From the human T2T-CHM13v2.0 reference genome, Homo sapiens, in NCBI RefSeq assembly GCF_009914755.1, contig NC_060926.1: a stretch of 64,000 nt of DNA; one strand, written 5' to 3'. This document shows, one piece after another, positions 43,654 through 59,783 of the stretch. The notes below the pieces were generated by a model, which had not been told where the DNA came from, did not search any database, and saw only the letters and a list, made by a program, of their open reading frames with translations. A program made the position numbers and the translations under genes. Within the stretch, counting starts at the first letter, position 1. Each line of letters opens with the position of its first letter.

Positions 43654-44010
<357 letters not shown>

Positions 44011-44596
44011 CGTTTTCTTTAAACAGTATTAAGAAGTACAGATAATATAGAGGCAGAGAAGAGAGCTTCAAATATTGTCGTATTTACCTAACTTTAGTGC
44101 TGTTTGAAAGGTAGGTAGTGAACTTTAGAAGGCCAGTTATTGAAATATTTGTTACTTAAATAGTAGTCTCCTATTCCTAAATCATTTTATTATGTATTTT
44201 AAATAATAAAATACAAAATGGATACTACTGTATTGAACAGCTCCTGAATATTATTACTAGTGTCAAGACCAACCATCTCCCTCTGCCAGCTTTGTTCTTG
44301 AAAACAGAATGTTACACATTTTAATGTGGTAAGTGGGCCAAGAGAGTTCTAAAAGGTACGTTTTTAAAATTCATCCCCAATGTCTAAAAACACACATTAA
44401 CTTCTTTTTCTTCTTCCTTTTCTGTGTGAAATTTGAGTAAACTTACTGTTGATTTGCTTCTCATAGAATAGTGTTGACCTTTTCTCGTAGTTGCAGTGAC
44501 CTATATTTAAGTTAAAGCTTGAGCTGGCTAGTATAAGAAACAAAATTTGCTTTCCATTAGTTATTTAAATATAGTTAATATAAGAAGTAAATTTAT

Positions 44597-44953
<357 letters not shown>

Positions 44954-46004
44954 TTATAAACTTTAAATGTTATAATGATATGATTATTTTTAAAAACCTG
45001 AACCCCCCCTACTTCCCTGCTGGAAGAAACCATACCTGTAGCAGCACTATGTGGGAGACTTGTCTTGATGGATGAGAATAATTCTTAATTAATCTTTTTT
45101 CCTTTATTTGTTATAGGAAGTGCTTTAGATCTTCAAGATTTTTACTTTTGAGGAAAAAATTATAGAACTTTCAGAGACCACCACAATCTTCCTTTCATCC
45201 TTAGGAAGAACTTACTTAACTACATATCAATAAAATAGACTCTGGAGCATAGTTTCCAGTTCTGACCTTACATATTGTCACTAACTGGCTTACATTACGT
45301 GTCTAGGCTTCAATTTCTTTGTCTCTTTAAAATGGAATAATAGTACCTACCTTACAGAGTAAGGTTTTTAAATGAGAGCATTCACAGCACAGCGCCTGCT
45401 CCATAAGTACTCAGTAGAGGTTAATTGCTATTGTTATTGATGTGAATATTGTTTAAAATCTGATTAGAGTCAAAAAGGATTATTAGAGGAAGTGGCCTTA
45501 AGACTGGTTCTTCGGAAAGACTATGTGGGCAGAGGTATTCAAAGCAGGGAGAACAGCATGTGCAATGTCAGGGAGTCATCAGAGGTCAGAGAAAGCTTGT
45601 CTAAGAAATGAGATGAGGCTACGAAGCTTGCTTGGAGCCAGATTCTGAAGGACCTTGTGTATCTTACATGGGAATGTGTACTTCTTGTTGAAGTGACCAA
45701 GAGGGAACTAAATGAGACATTTCAGTAGGAGACTAACAAAATAAGATAATTCTCATTGCAGTTGGAGGATGGACTAAATTATGTTTAATTGTTGTTAAGA
45801 ATGTGGAAAATGATCTCGTTGTCTGGCAAGTTACACAAGGAATGGAGAAGAGGGTCTAGGCAAGAAAAATATTTCCGATGTAAATAAGATTTGATTACGA
45901 ATTGGAAATAATCTTTCTTGTTTTTAAAGACTGCAAAGAAATGAGTCTCAACAATATCCCTTTGAAAGTTATGCAGAGATTAACTTTATACCTTTACATT
46001 TTTA

Positions 46005-46298
46005 TTAATGTTTTATTCTATTTCATTTTATTTTTAGAGACAGGGTCTCACTCTGTTGCCCAGGCTTGAGTGCAGAGGCATGATCATAGCTCACTTCAGC
46101 CTCAAACTCGTGGGCTCAAGTGATCCTCCTACCTCAGCCTTCTGAGTAGCAAGGAACACAGGTGCATGCCACCATAACTGGCTAATTTTTTAATTTTTTG
46201 TAGAGACAGGGTCTCACTGTGTTGCCCAGGCTGGTCTTGAACTCCTGCCTCAGCCTCCCAAAGTGCTGGGATTACAGGCCTGAACCAACATGCCCAGC
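46005..46298 (-). mobile_element. AluJ
   Basis: Antisense dimer. Confidence 0.88.
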
Positions 46299-46931
46299 TT
46301 ATTATTTAATTTTTTAAAAGATCATACCTTTACATGGTTGAAAACCCAAAAATGTATGAAAAGGTAGAATGAAAAAATTATTCTTTTCTTTATCTTTCAT
46401 CTGCCTAGCTCCTATAAACTGCCCCTTCTTTAGGTAAAATGTCTATTAATTTCTTTGCAACCTTCAGGAAAAATAATTATGCATGTTCTCTTTCAAGAAA
46501 AGAATATAAAATTAAATAAGTGTAAGAGATTTTAGAACTCATTTATACTGCATAAATTTTACCAAGACAATCATTTTTGAAAGTTTGAGGCTGCTTAGCA
46601 ATAATCAATTCATATTAATGTTTATTATGTCAGTAGAATGTGGTTTGTTCTTTTAACAGTAGTATTGATACTGTGATGGAATAATCTATAATTTTATACT
46701 GAATTCAAAACATTTAGCAGTGTCTTAGTGGTAAGCTGCTGTGGCTCATATTGTTCCTGTGTTGCCAATGTGGGAAATAAAACAACCTTTTAAATATTGT
46801 GTTTGTGCCTCTGTACTTTTTGGAGTCAGAGTCAGTGCAAGTACATACGCAGGAGTAAATAATAATAGATATAGATCTATTTATAGTAACTTGTAAGATC
46901 TTAGAAGTAAACTTATGGTACTTAAGAAATT

Positions 46932-47217
46932 TGCCTGGGTATGGTGGCTCACACCTGTAATCCCAGCACTTTGGGAGCCCAAGGTGGGAGGATCGCTTGA
47001 GTCCAGGAGTTCAAGACCAGCCTAAGCAACATGGTGAAACCCTTTCTCTTCAAAACGTACAAAAAAATTAGCTGGGCGTGGTAGTGTGCACCTGTAGTCC
47101 CAGCTAATCGGGAGGCTGAGGCAGGAGAATCCTTGAGTCCAGGAGGCTGAGGCTGCTGTCAACTATGATCACACCACTGTACTCTAGCCTGTCTCAAAAA
47201 AAAAAAAAAAAAAAAAA
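46932..47217 (+). mobile_element. AluJ
   Basis: Sense dimer with long A tail. Confidence 0.88.
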
Positions 47218-48451
47218 TTCATTGGTGCTGCTTCTTGTTTGGTGGAAAAAAAAAAATCCAAATATGAGCTTAGTACATCTGTGCCTACAATTTGCAAGAA
47301 TTTTGGCTGCAGTCTAGGCCAATAATATATCCTCTTTATTTAGAAGGAGTTGACTTTGCTCAAGCAGTTTTAGCATTGTACTATTCACTTAACTATGCAT
47401 CATCTGTGTGCAGCCTACATTTCTCTTTATCACAAATTGCCTTTACAAACAATTGAGGTTTACTAATTAAATATCGAGTATTCTCATCTAACTTCATTTT
47501 CTTCAAGTAGCGTATGTCAGTGAGGTAGGAATTAGGGGCAAGATATATTTGGCTAACTTCAAACCTAAGATGGTGTGCATGTAATAATATATTTTTGAGG
47601 TGTTTTTGCACTGTCATCATACTGACTAGAGTCAGATTCTTAGTTGGCACATCCAGGTGCTCCAACTTTGTGTGACCTAGATAGAAAACATATGGAGGTT
47701 TGTGTGTATTTTTAGCACATGTTAAGCTTTCGGCCTAAGGGCAAGATTTACAAAAACCTTCAGGAAGTGAAAAGAAAATCTCTGTTTTTGAAAATAACAT
47801 AGAATTGATGAAACGGTAGAGAAAGCAAACTGAATACTGTATTCTGGATTCCCAGTATTCCCAGTTCTTATTCATCACATTTTATAGTTTAGTTTTTTAG
47901 TGATGGGTCCTGTTTTGAAAATGAATCTTAGTTGCCCAATGAGAAGATTTTACTTGTTGGCAGACCGCTATTATTTATTGCTAGCCCAAGTGTAACTAGT
48001 TTAGAAAATGCTCTTAAATTAGCCCCTCGATCTGATGCAATAAAAATTGCCTAGTGTGAAATAATGCTCCCAGACTCCTAGCATGTTTACTTTAAAGTGA
48101 AATCACATTGCATAGTTCTCATGTTTCACAGCTTTTTCTAGGACCGATTTCCTGAAGTGATCTTTTTACGGTTGTGTATACTAACTATTCAGCAGGTCAG
48201 GCAGTGAAATAGCATCCTTGCATTAATCAGCAGCTAAGATTTATATCTGTATCTAAGGCATCTAATATAAACTAAAATAAACAAGATGATGTTTACATTA
48301 GTAACACTGCAGGCTTTTTAGCTATATTCAGTGCAGGAATTTTAAAACATTAGTTTTTTGAAATATTTCCTTGAATGCTTTATTTTAAAAATGTCAATAT
48401 CAGAGAGTTAGCATTCCTTTAAAGAGGTACACTTTTTGTGAATAAGTTTGG

Positions 48452-48675
48452 TGTTTTTTTTTTTTTCTTTTTAGGGAGGGGGTCTTGCTCTGTCACCCAA
48501 GCTGGAGTGCAGGGTGAGCCACTCCCACCTCAGCCTCCTGAGTAGCTGGGACTACAGGCATGTGCCACCATGCCCAGCTAATTTTTTATTTTTTTTTTAT
48601 AGAAACAGGGTCACACTATGTTGCCCAGTCTGGTATTGAACTCCGGACCTCAAGTGATCCTCCCACCTTAGCCTT
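48452..48675 (-). mobile_element. Partial AluJ
   Basis: Antisense Alu with deletions. Confidence 0.82.
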
Positions 48676-48911
48676 GTGAATAAGTTTTTATGGTTCAGCT
48701 ATTCTTTGTCATAAGGAACTTCTGATGTGGAAAGTATGAAGCAGGGGACATTTCATTTCCTGTAATTGCAGATTATTCAGAACCTTATTTACTTCCTTTA
48801 ATTTTGAACATTGTTCCTTAAATTATTAGCTGTTGGCTGGCTTAAAACTAGAGCCATAATAGCAGAAGCCAGTAGTTTGCCTTTCCAGAGTGCATGTGCA
48901 CGCAAAGATTA

Positions 48912-49470
48912 CAGTCTGGCAGTTCTTCAAAAAACATGGAGCTACCATGTGGCCCAGCAGTTCCACTCATAGATCTATACCCAAGAGAAATGAAAACATA
49001 TGCCAACATAAAAACATGAACATGCATGTTTATGGCAGCATCAGTTATAATAGCCAAAAAGTAGAAACAACTCAAATGCTCATTAACTCATAAAAGGATA
49101 ATTCAAATGTATTATCTACAATGGAATATTATTCAGCCATTTAAAAGGAATGAAGTACTGATATAAATAAACTTGAAAAGGTTATGCTAAGTGAAAGAAT
49201 CCAATCAAAGACCATATATTGTATGATTCCATTTATATGAAACATCCTAAGTGGGCAAATTTTATATAGAGAGAAGATAGATTAGTGATTGAAAAGGGAT
49301 AGGAGTCACTGATGATGGATATAGGTTTTCTTTTTGGACTGATAAAATTGTTCAAAGATTAAATCATGCTGTTGGTTGCACAGCTCTGTGAATAATAAAA
49401 ACCATTGAATTATAAATCTAAAGTGGGTGAATTGTAGAGTATATGAATTATACCTTAAACTGTTATGTTA
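48912..49470 (+). mobile_element. Old L1M 3' fragment
   Basis: cccagcagttccactc...tacccaagagaaatgaaaacata...atgctaagtgaaagaa...atattgtatgattccattta. Confidence 0.8.
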
Positions 49471-50279
49471 AGAGGAAAGAAAAGCAAAGATTGGTTTGGA
49501 TTTCCTTAGGTCAAGTAGTAGACAAAAAGTGTAATTTTAACAGGTATGGTGGTGTGACAACTAGCAGCCTTATCTCTGAAAACAAAGAGCTAGTTTTCAA
49601 CTCTACTGGGGTTACTTTTCCCTAGGGAAAAAAAAATGTGTTTATTTGCTCATTCCTTTAACGAAAGTATTTAGTATTTAGTGGGCCTTACTAGGTGTCT
49701 GGTACTGTTCTTGGTACCAGAGACTCAACACTCAACACTGAACAAGCTGAACTCATCATCTTCCTGCCACCAATCCTGCTCTTCTGAGTTTCTTATCTTG
49801 TTGAGTGTTACTACCACCATTCCAGTTTCCCAGGTCAGAAATCTGGGAGGCATTCTTGATTCTTCTCTTTTTATTCCCTCTCCACATGGAGTCAGTCATC
49901 AAGCCCATTTCGTACCCTTTAGTCTGTCCGTTTTCTCTTTTCCTCCTACCAGAGTGTTGGTTCTGTTAACACAGCCCAGTAATTCTCAGCCGCAGTATAT
50001 TAATACTAGTAAAGTACCAAAGTTTGCAAATGGTTTATCTTAAAAAGCAAACGAAAAAAACCTAAGGGAATAATCCTGTCAACATCAGTTTCACTGACTT
50101 GCATTCCACCGAACTTTTGCAAGAGGAAGAGAAAGCTGTAGCATGATAGCTAGTATATTAGGAATTAATTACACATAGTCCTCAGGTCACCTATCGGAAT
50201 ATTTTTTGAATGTGAACTTTCAGTTTTGCATGTCTTTCGTAAAAGCTGAGAGTCTCTGAGTTGGAGGAATACAATCACT

Positions 50280-50579
50280 TTTTTTTTTCTTTTTTTGAGA
50301 CAGAGTCTCTCTCTCTGTTGCCCACATTGGAGTGCAGTAGCGCGATCTCAGCTCACTGCAACCTCCATCTCCTGGGTTCAAGTGATTCTCATGCCTTAGC
50401 CTCCCAAGTAGCTAGGATTATGGGTGCCCGCCACCATGCCTGGATAATTTTTTTGTTTTTAGTAGAGATGGGGTTTCACCATGCTGGCCAGCTGGTCTTG
50501 AACTCCTGACCTCAAGTGATCCACCCGCCTTGGCCTCCCAAAGTGCTGGGATTACAGGCACGAGCCACCACACCTGGCC
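50280..50579 (-). mobile_element. AluS
   Basis: Antisense dimer. Confidence 0.93.
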
Positions 50580-51399
50580 TATGATCACATTTTATAAAAA
50601 TCATATTGCTATAGTTTCAGTTCTCACTAAGTCATTCTTGCCAAAGATCTTTTTCTAATATCTATCTCTGATCATGGTATTTTCCCAATTAGATTTATCC
50701 AGTGACTCTACATTGCACGTAAGGGAAACTATAAACCCCTTTGCACGATGTGCCAGGTCATTCGTGATTTAGCCCCTATCTGTCTAGTTTCATCTCTAGC
50801 AAGGCATTCTCTCTATATGTTCATGATTTGGCATGTACTATCCTATTTGTCAGGAATGCACTTCTTGTGATTTGTCTTAGAGACAAACTCCTGTCAAGTC
50901 TGATTGTACTTGTGGCTTCTCTGTGCAACTGACTTAGGTTTCTTCTATGATGCTCCCACTGTGCTATGTAATAGTAGTTTTTATAATGTATTATAATTAT
51001 TTTAAGATTTTGCTTTCTTTTTATATTTTTAGCTCCTTTAGAGCTGGGACCTTGTCCTTTTATCTTTATATTCCCAGATTTTAGTATGGAATCTGGAACA
51101 AAATTGATGCTCAATATGTATTTGTTGAACAAACTCAAAATTAGTTACTTTAAAATTTTTTATTTAACCAAAATATGTTATAGTATGAGACGAAATTAAG
51201 GGATTAAAATATGCTTATGGTGACTCTACATCCCATTTCCTGGAGCAATTCCAAATTTAAATAGTCTACTTCATTGGCCTTGAAATGTAATTAACAAAAC
51301 ACACCATAATTTTGTTTAGAAATGCAATATACACATTGAACCTATACCTTATATTTAAAATTGTATACAATTTATTTTTATACTTTGATTTCATATACT

Positions 51400-51804
51400 T
51401 GTTAAAAGAAAAACTTTAGATAAACTAAATTTAACAGTGTTTATTTGAGCAAATAACAGTTTACAAATCAGGCAGCCCCCAGAGCCAGAGTAATTTCAGA
51501 GCAAGTCCAGGGCTGCTGCATGGTCAGATGTTATTTCTGGACAAAAAAAAATGAAAGTGATGGACAGAAAACCAAAGTGAGGTGCAGAAACAGCTGGATC
51601 GGTTATAACTTAGTGTTTGCCTTATTTGAACACAGTTTGAACAACTGGCTGCCTGTGATTGGCCGAAACTTTGTGATTGGTACAAGAGTAGGTTACAGCC
51701 TGTTGACACATCCATTTAGGTTACATTTCACTATGTATGGAGAAACTTATAGGCCAAATGTAAAATATACAAGGAGGCAACTTTAGGCTAAACTTAATTT
51801 AACA
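51400..51804 (-). mobile_element. ERV1 solo LTR (MER57-like)
   Basis: tgttaa...ttaaca termini with 4-bp TSD tact; minus strand starts tgttaaattaagtttagcctaaag. Confidence 0.75.
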
Positions 51805-53106
51805 TACTTTATGTCTTTTTTCTTATACAGGTCACTTTGAAAGCAATAATAGTGAAAAGTTGAAATTTAGGATGGAGAAATACCTGAATTATTTTTTAGC
51901 TCTGCTATTTTGCTGTGCATTATGATACTAATTATTGCATATCTGTATGAAAATGAATGCAAATTTTTGAGAATTTATAAATCCTTAGGTATAAGGATCT
52001 GCATAATATGATTAAGGTTGTTACCAAGAACTATATTCTCAAAAATATTCAGACTTTAGGATGCTAGAATAGTAGCTTTCAATCTTTTTGGACTTTACTA
52101 TTCTAATGTGCTTTTTTTGAGTTGAGAACCCCAGTGTACTCCTTGCCCTCCTAAAAGCAGATTATTTATTTGAATAGGATAAAAATAATTTTGTTTTGTC
52201 TTCACTGGTACCCTCAATTGGAGATTACACAGCGTATCACAAGGCCATGGGGGATAATCATACATGAAAAATGCATTTGTCAGTCAGACCCTTTACTTTT
52301 TGAGAATTCCCAATTAGAGTCTGGAGTTGGTTCTAAATTGTTGTTGTCATTGACTAGACAGGGGATAAATATTGGCAAAGTAAAAGGAGTGAATGTTTAG
52401 AGCCAAAAAGATTGAGTATAGATCTTGGTTCCATGACCTACTATTTTTGTTTCTTTGGGTGTAACAATTTCTTTTGAGTTTCAGTTTCCTCATCTGTAAA
52501 ATGAGATAATAATACCTACCTGAAATGATTGTGAAAATAAACAGTAGTTTCTAGAACAGTAGTACCTAACAAAGAATAAGGTTTTCATAAATTTCAGCTC
52601 TTATCTGATTGGTATCAATACAACTCTAGGAATAGGTAAAAGATCTTCCTGTTAAACTAAATGTTGAGTTATTTGTCTTACTGAGTAGTTGTTACACTAT
52701 CTCTGCTTTCCCAAGCAGGTTGCTGTTTGAGACTCTAAAAACAAAGTGGTTTGCAGATGGCACAGATCAGCAAGCAGAGTCATTGATTATTGTCACCTTT
52801 TCCAGGAGAGTGCATTCCTTCATTTCTATTCCTGATGTGCTAGTTAGAGAACATGAGTCTGTTTACTTCACCTTTCATCTTATTATACGTAATATCATTA
52901 CCACTACTTCCTGACTACATAGATTCCTGGTTATGGTTAAGGAGTTCCTTTGGCCAGAATCCTTTGGTCCAGTCTCCTCTCTCTTTCTCTGTTATAGACT
53001 TCTGCCTCTTTTAGACTGTAGGAAAACAAGACTCTCCCAAGAGTGTGCTGGACATCATTGGTTTTCAAATGGTTAAACAATGCAACTTCACACATGTAGA
53101 ATGGGA

Positions 53107-53200
53107 AGCAGAATTTTATTACTCAGTTTCCTTAGCTTGGTTCACTGAAAACCTTTTTTCAGTGAACCAAGCTAATGAAACTGAGTAATAAAATTCTGCT
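53107..53200. repeat. Near-perfect inverted repeat (45-bp arms, 4-nt loop)
   Basis: 53107-53151 is the reverse complement of 53156-53200 with 1 mismatch; loop cctt. Confidence 0.95.
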
Positions 53201-53939
53201 ATTTTATACCTCCTCCATAATCATCAAATATTTAAATCACTGTTATTTTGCTTTCAACAAAAGACCTCCTTTCTGCATTTTAGAACAAAGGGGAGCTGTC
53301 TCAGCCTCCAGCCACTGAGTCTCCAAACCTGCTTGCTAGTGTACCCATTCTTCCCCTTCAGTTTCCTGGTCAAATGTGTCCTATTCCTGCCTCGTTATTT
53401 CCCTGTCTGCTTGCATTTCCCAGCCAGACTTTCTGAAACACTTGTTTCAGAAAAGTCCTTTTTTTTATATCCTCCCCATAGTCACTATCCAAATTGGTTC
53501 CATTTACTTCTCTAGAACTGTTCTCACACTCTTGATTGCCGTTTAGCCAGCCATGTCTGTTCCTACCATACTCACTCAACATTGGAAACATATGATGACT
53601 ACTTTCTTCAAAAACGTCCTTATTCTGTGTACCACACTTTGCTGCTGCTCTTTCTGCCTCTGTGACCACTCCTTATAGGTTCCTTTTCTTCTTGTGCCTG
53701 CCCCTTTAATGCTGATATTGATGTTTTCTCCCAAGCCCTTTGGACAGTTTCCTCCAGACTTAGGAATTGCTAAGTGAATTTGTTGAATTCTACCTGTACT
53801 GATGATTTCTCAAGGGATTTGACTGTAATTGGACCTTGTTGAACTGAAGAAATTGCAGTATGTCAAATCTGATTATGTACTTCACAGCCAAACCTTGGTC
53901 TAGTCTCTCTGGACCATGATTGTCTTAAAATCTACCCCA

Positions 53940-54710
<771 letters not shown>

Positions 54711-55340
54711 TCTCCAACATACTCGCAGTGAAAAAATCCAGCCTCATTATTCAGCTTTTATGTTTACAGATTCAGTTAACATTTTGTGAATTCTCTATTT
54801 CAAAGGTACAAAGGTAATTTTAAATTATGATTTAATTAAGAATGCTCTTTCCGAAATTTTTATACCTGTTTGACTGTTTATGTAAATCCTGTAACATAGC
54901 TGATCATCCTCAGTAAAACAGTAATACCTTACTTGAAGCAGCAATTTGTTTTTAAATATACACGGAAGTCTATGTTTTGAATGTGAGGATTGGAGGTGGA
55001 GAGAGAATCGATATTTAGTGAAACTGTTTTATGCCAGGCACAGGCATATGTGCTTGTCTCCATATGGATTTTTATCTTCCAACAACTCTGAGAAATCTTG
55101 TAAAGAGGAGAAAACCAAGGTAAAGGGAAGTTAAATAGATGGTACACTGCAACATATACAGCTTTTAAAATTCAGAACCAGAGTTTCTTCTGTCAGACCT
55201 CATAGCTCATGAATCTCTTCTAAGTGATACTGAAATTTTAAGCTGAGGATGAATGCAAAATATAGGAATAAAATACTGACTTCTTGAGTTTAGTAAATCT
55301 AAATTGTATTAAAAGTTATCTATATCATTTTTGTCCCTAG

Positions 55341-55457
55341 GCAGTTATTTGGCAGAAAAGCAGAGTATCAGATCACAAGATGGCTCTCATGTCAGTTCTG
55401 GGGACTGCTGTTATGAACAATATGGAATCCTTTCAGTACCACTCTGAAGAATCTCAG
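55341..55457 (+). CDS. PMS1: PMS1 exon 6 (117 nt, symmetric in-frame exon)
   Basis: [39 protein letters not shown]; ccctag| and CAG|gtatac; phase 0/0 continues the exon 5 frame. Confidence 0.93.
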
Positions 55458-55722
55458 GTATACTGCAAAAACATTCTCAGATAATTCTGATTTACTCATG
55501 AAGCTGTTCACATATTTCCCTTTGGGGGAGTTACAGTGGCAAGAGGTTAGTCTTTTAATATTTTAATCAAATATGTGTGTAAGGTAAAACAGTCAATACA
55601 GAGCTTATGTTAAACCTCTTTCCCCAGCCCTGCTTCCCTTTTTATCTTTTCTGTTTGTTGCTTACATTGATTTTCAAAAAAATTATGTTCAATTTAGAAT
55701 CTTTTCTGTTTACTTTCTACTA

Positions 55723-56076
<354 letters not shown>

Positions 56077-56196
56077 TTAAAACTTTTTCTTGATCTATCA
56101 GTTTAGATAGTACTTTTTTACTCCCTAATACTGGATGACGTTCTTAACTCAAACTTTTCTTCTTACTCCTTCCTCTTTCAGTCATATCAGCAATAG

Positions 56197-56580
<384 letters not shown>

Positions 56581-57104
56581 TGAAGATTGATTCTAAAAGT
56601 TGAAAACTTGTATGGACTATAAAACAATCTTCGTTAAAAGCCCAGTATTGTAGTGGGATTACATTTTACCTCTAAAGATCCATTGTTGTATCTCTTATGC
56701 CATGCAAATGAGAATATTCCTAGAGCCCTGATTAAATGGAATCTCTGTTCTTGTACTCCCATCAGTTGCTCAAAATTTATCATGTTTTTCTTTGCTTAAT
56801 AAATGGACTATCTTATGTAGTTTTTCGCTTTTTCTGGGATTTTCAAAAGTTTTTTTTTAATGAAAAAGTTTTCTTCATCATGTTAGCAATAAAATCCAAC
56901 TCTTAGTCATCCTAACTGTAGTTGGTAATCCAGTTCATTACGTCTTTTTGAAGTCATTGTTCTTAGACCCCACTTATTTCTTATTTGGATCATATCTTAG
57001 GCCTTCTGCACAACTCTCATCTTCAGATATCTTTTTATAGGAATGATGGTTGGTTGCATTATTACTGGTATGTCATGCCTTCCTCTTTCTTGGCACTTAT
57101 ACTC

Positions 57105-57400
57105 ATTTTTCTTTTTTTTCTTTTTGAGATGGAGTCTCGCTTTATCACCCAGGCTGAAGTGCAGTAGCGCAGTTTTTGCACACTGCAACTTCTGCTTCCG
57201 AGGTTCAAATGATTCTCCTGCCTCAGCCTCCTGAGTAGCTGGGACTACAGCCACAACACCCGGCTAATTTTTGTATTTTTAATAGAGATGGGGTCTTACC
57301 ATGTTGGCCGGGCTGGTCTCAAACTCCTGACCTCAAGTGATCTGCCCACCCCGGCCTCCCAAAGTGCTAGGATTACAGGCGTGAGCCACTGCATCTGGCC
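57105..57400 (-). mobile_element. AluS
   Basis: Antisense dimer. Confidence 0.92.
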
Positions 57401-57480
57401 CCATGCTCATTTTTCTGAGGCATATCTTTAAGTAACTTCCACAGAAAGAGGGGACATGAGAGGTAATTTTTCATGTCTGT

Positions 57481-58055
57481 GGCTGGGCGTGGTGGGTCAC
57501 ACCTGTCTCAACACTTTGGGAGGCTGAGGCACTTGGGGCCAGAAGCTCAAGACCAGCCTGGGCAACATAGTAAGACCCTGTCTCTAAAAATAAAAATGCA
57601 AAAATTGGCCCGGTGTGGTGGCTCACACCTGTAATCCCAGCACTTTGGGAAGCCAAGGCGGGTGGATCATCTGAGATCAGGAGTTTGAGAGCAGCCTGGC
57701 CAACATGGCAAAACCCCATCTCTACTAAAAATACAGAAATTAGCCGGGTATGGTGGCAGGTGCCTGTAATCCCAGCTACTTGGGAGGCTGAGGCAGGAGA
57801 ATTGCTTTTGAACCCAGGAGGCAGAGGTTGCATTGAGCCCAGATCTTGCCACTGCACTCCAGCCTGGGCAACAGAGCAAGACTCCGTCTCAAAAAAAAAA
57901 AACAAACTAGTCAAGCATGGTAGTACGTGCCTGTAGTCCCAGCTACTTGGGAGGCTGAGGTGGGAGGATCCCTTGAGCCCAAAAGTTAAAGGTTACAGTG
58001 AGCTATGATCATGCCACTGCACTCCAGCCTCGGCCAGAAAGAGACCGTGTCTCAA
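57481..58055 (+). mobile_element. AluJ with an AluS (57607-57905) nested in its central A-rich linker
   Basis: Left arm 57481-57605, complete Alu, then right arm 57908-58055. Confidence 0.88.
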
Positions 58056-58229
58056 AACAAACAAATGTAAAAAATAAGTCCAAATTTTCATGCCTGAGAA
58101 TGATTTCATCTTGCACTTTCGCTTGTTGATAGTCTGGCAGACATAGACTTTTAGATTGAAATTAATTTTTGAGGTCTTGAGTATTTTTTTACTATCCATT
58201 TTTGCTAATGGGAAACAATACATTCCACT

Positions 58230-58502
58230 TCTTTTTTTTCTTTTTTTTTTTTTTCTGAGACAGTCTCTTGCTCTGTCACCCAGGCTGAAGTGCAGTGGTG
58301 CAATCTCGGCTCACTGAAACCTCTGCCCCCCGGGTTCAAGTGATTCTCCTACCTCAGCCTCCTGAGTAGCTGGGATTGCAGGTGCGCACCACCACATCCG
58401 ACTAATTTTTGTATTTTTAATAGAGATGGGGTTTCACCATGTTGAACAGGCTGGTCTTGAACTCCTGACCTCATGATCCACCCGCCTCGGCCCCCCAAAG
58501 CG
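58230..58502 (-). mobile_element. AluS
   Basis: Antisense dimer, 5' end truncated. Confidence 0.92.
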
Positions 58503-59649
58503 CCCATTTCTTTTTTTCTAGATGATATGTTTTCTTCTATTTGAAAGTTCTTAGGATCTGTCCTTTATCCTTACAAGGATGTGTCTAAGTGTGTGTCTTT
58601 TATTATTTGTTTATTGTGCTGAGCATTTGATGTGGATCTTTTGAATCTGAAGGGTCATTTCTTTCTCAGCCCCAGGTTATATACTTCCATCCATTATCAC
58701 TTCGATAATTTCTATTTTTTATGAACCTCCCTATTGTTATTAAGACCTCCTGTTAATTTTCTCCTATTGTTTTTTCTCAGGTTTCCCGTCTTTAATTTTT
58801 TCCATAAGTTTTGAGAGATCTGATTTTTAAACTGTCTATGGATTTTTTTTTAATTATGTTTAATTTCCAAGAGTATTTTTTATTGCTTTTTTATACATAC
58901 TGTTTTATGGATACAAAACTTGGGTCTCTCTAAAGATAATTGTTTTTGTTTTTAAATTATTTGTTCCTTTAATAATTTCTGTTTATTAGGAGGTCAGTTT
59001 TGTTTTACTTGTCAGGTCTTTTTCCTCCAGTCCTCTAATTCTCTTGTCTTTCTCCATGAATAGGAAATCTAATTGGGAACAGGGTGTTTGTGGCTGGGCT
59101 TATTCACTGTCAGGTTCCACTTGAGTGTTGAGTAATTAAGGTCCTAATTCTGTTCCTGGAGTTGTGCTAAGCAGTTGGCTTCTTTTCTTCTCTTCCATTT
59201 TTTTTCATAATTTGTTGAAACCTCCTCTGCTACTATGTCCCTTCCCATTCTCTTTGTAGTATTGAGTTCTTAATATTGCTTATCATTTTATTAAAATCTT
59301 GGATGGAAGCTTGTACTCAGGTAATGCTTGGGATTTTCTTGGCCGGGGGAAAATTCAGGCCAACCTTAGTGGCCAGCTACAGTGTTAGCCATGATGTGAC
59401 ATGGGTCCTATTTTTCAGAGCTCCCTGAAGAGTTGTTTTCTAGTTTTGACACACTCCAGTGCTACTTCAAACTGGTTACGGTCGCTGACTTGGGATGGCA
59501 AGGGTACTGTCTGAATTCTGCTGGATTCCTCGTAGCTTCGTGGTACTTTGTTGCCTACAGTGGTAACCCAGGCAGCTTATGGCAGGAGATCTAGACTTGA
59601 TACCTTTACCATCATGCCCTGGATATTCTAGCTATCATAATTTAGTCTG

Positions 59650-59783
59650 AAGACTAGCAGTGTTGGCATCACCTGGAAGCTTATTGAAAATAAAGAATCC
59701 TGGGCTTCATCCCAGATCGACTGAATCAGAATCTGCATTTTAACAAGGTCCCCAGGTGCACATTCAAGTGTGAAAAGCACTGA
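59650..59783. mobile_element. MER5A/B-like DNA transposon
   Basis: ggcatcacctggaagctt...actgaatcagaatctgcattttaacaag. Confidence 0.75.

Noticed and set aside
53107-53200. MADE1/Hsmar1 MITE explanation for the hairpin
   Set aside because: Lacks the ttaggttggtgcaaaagtaattg terminal repeat and TA TSD
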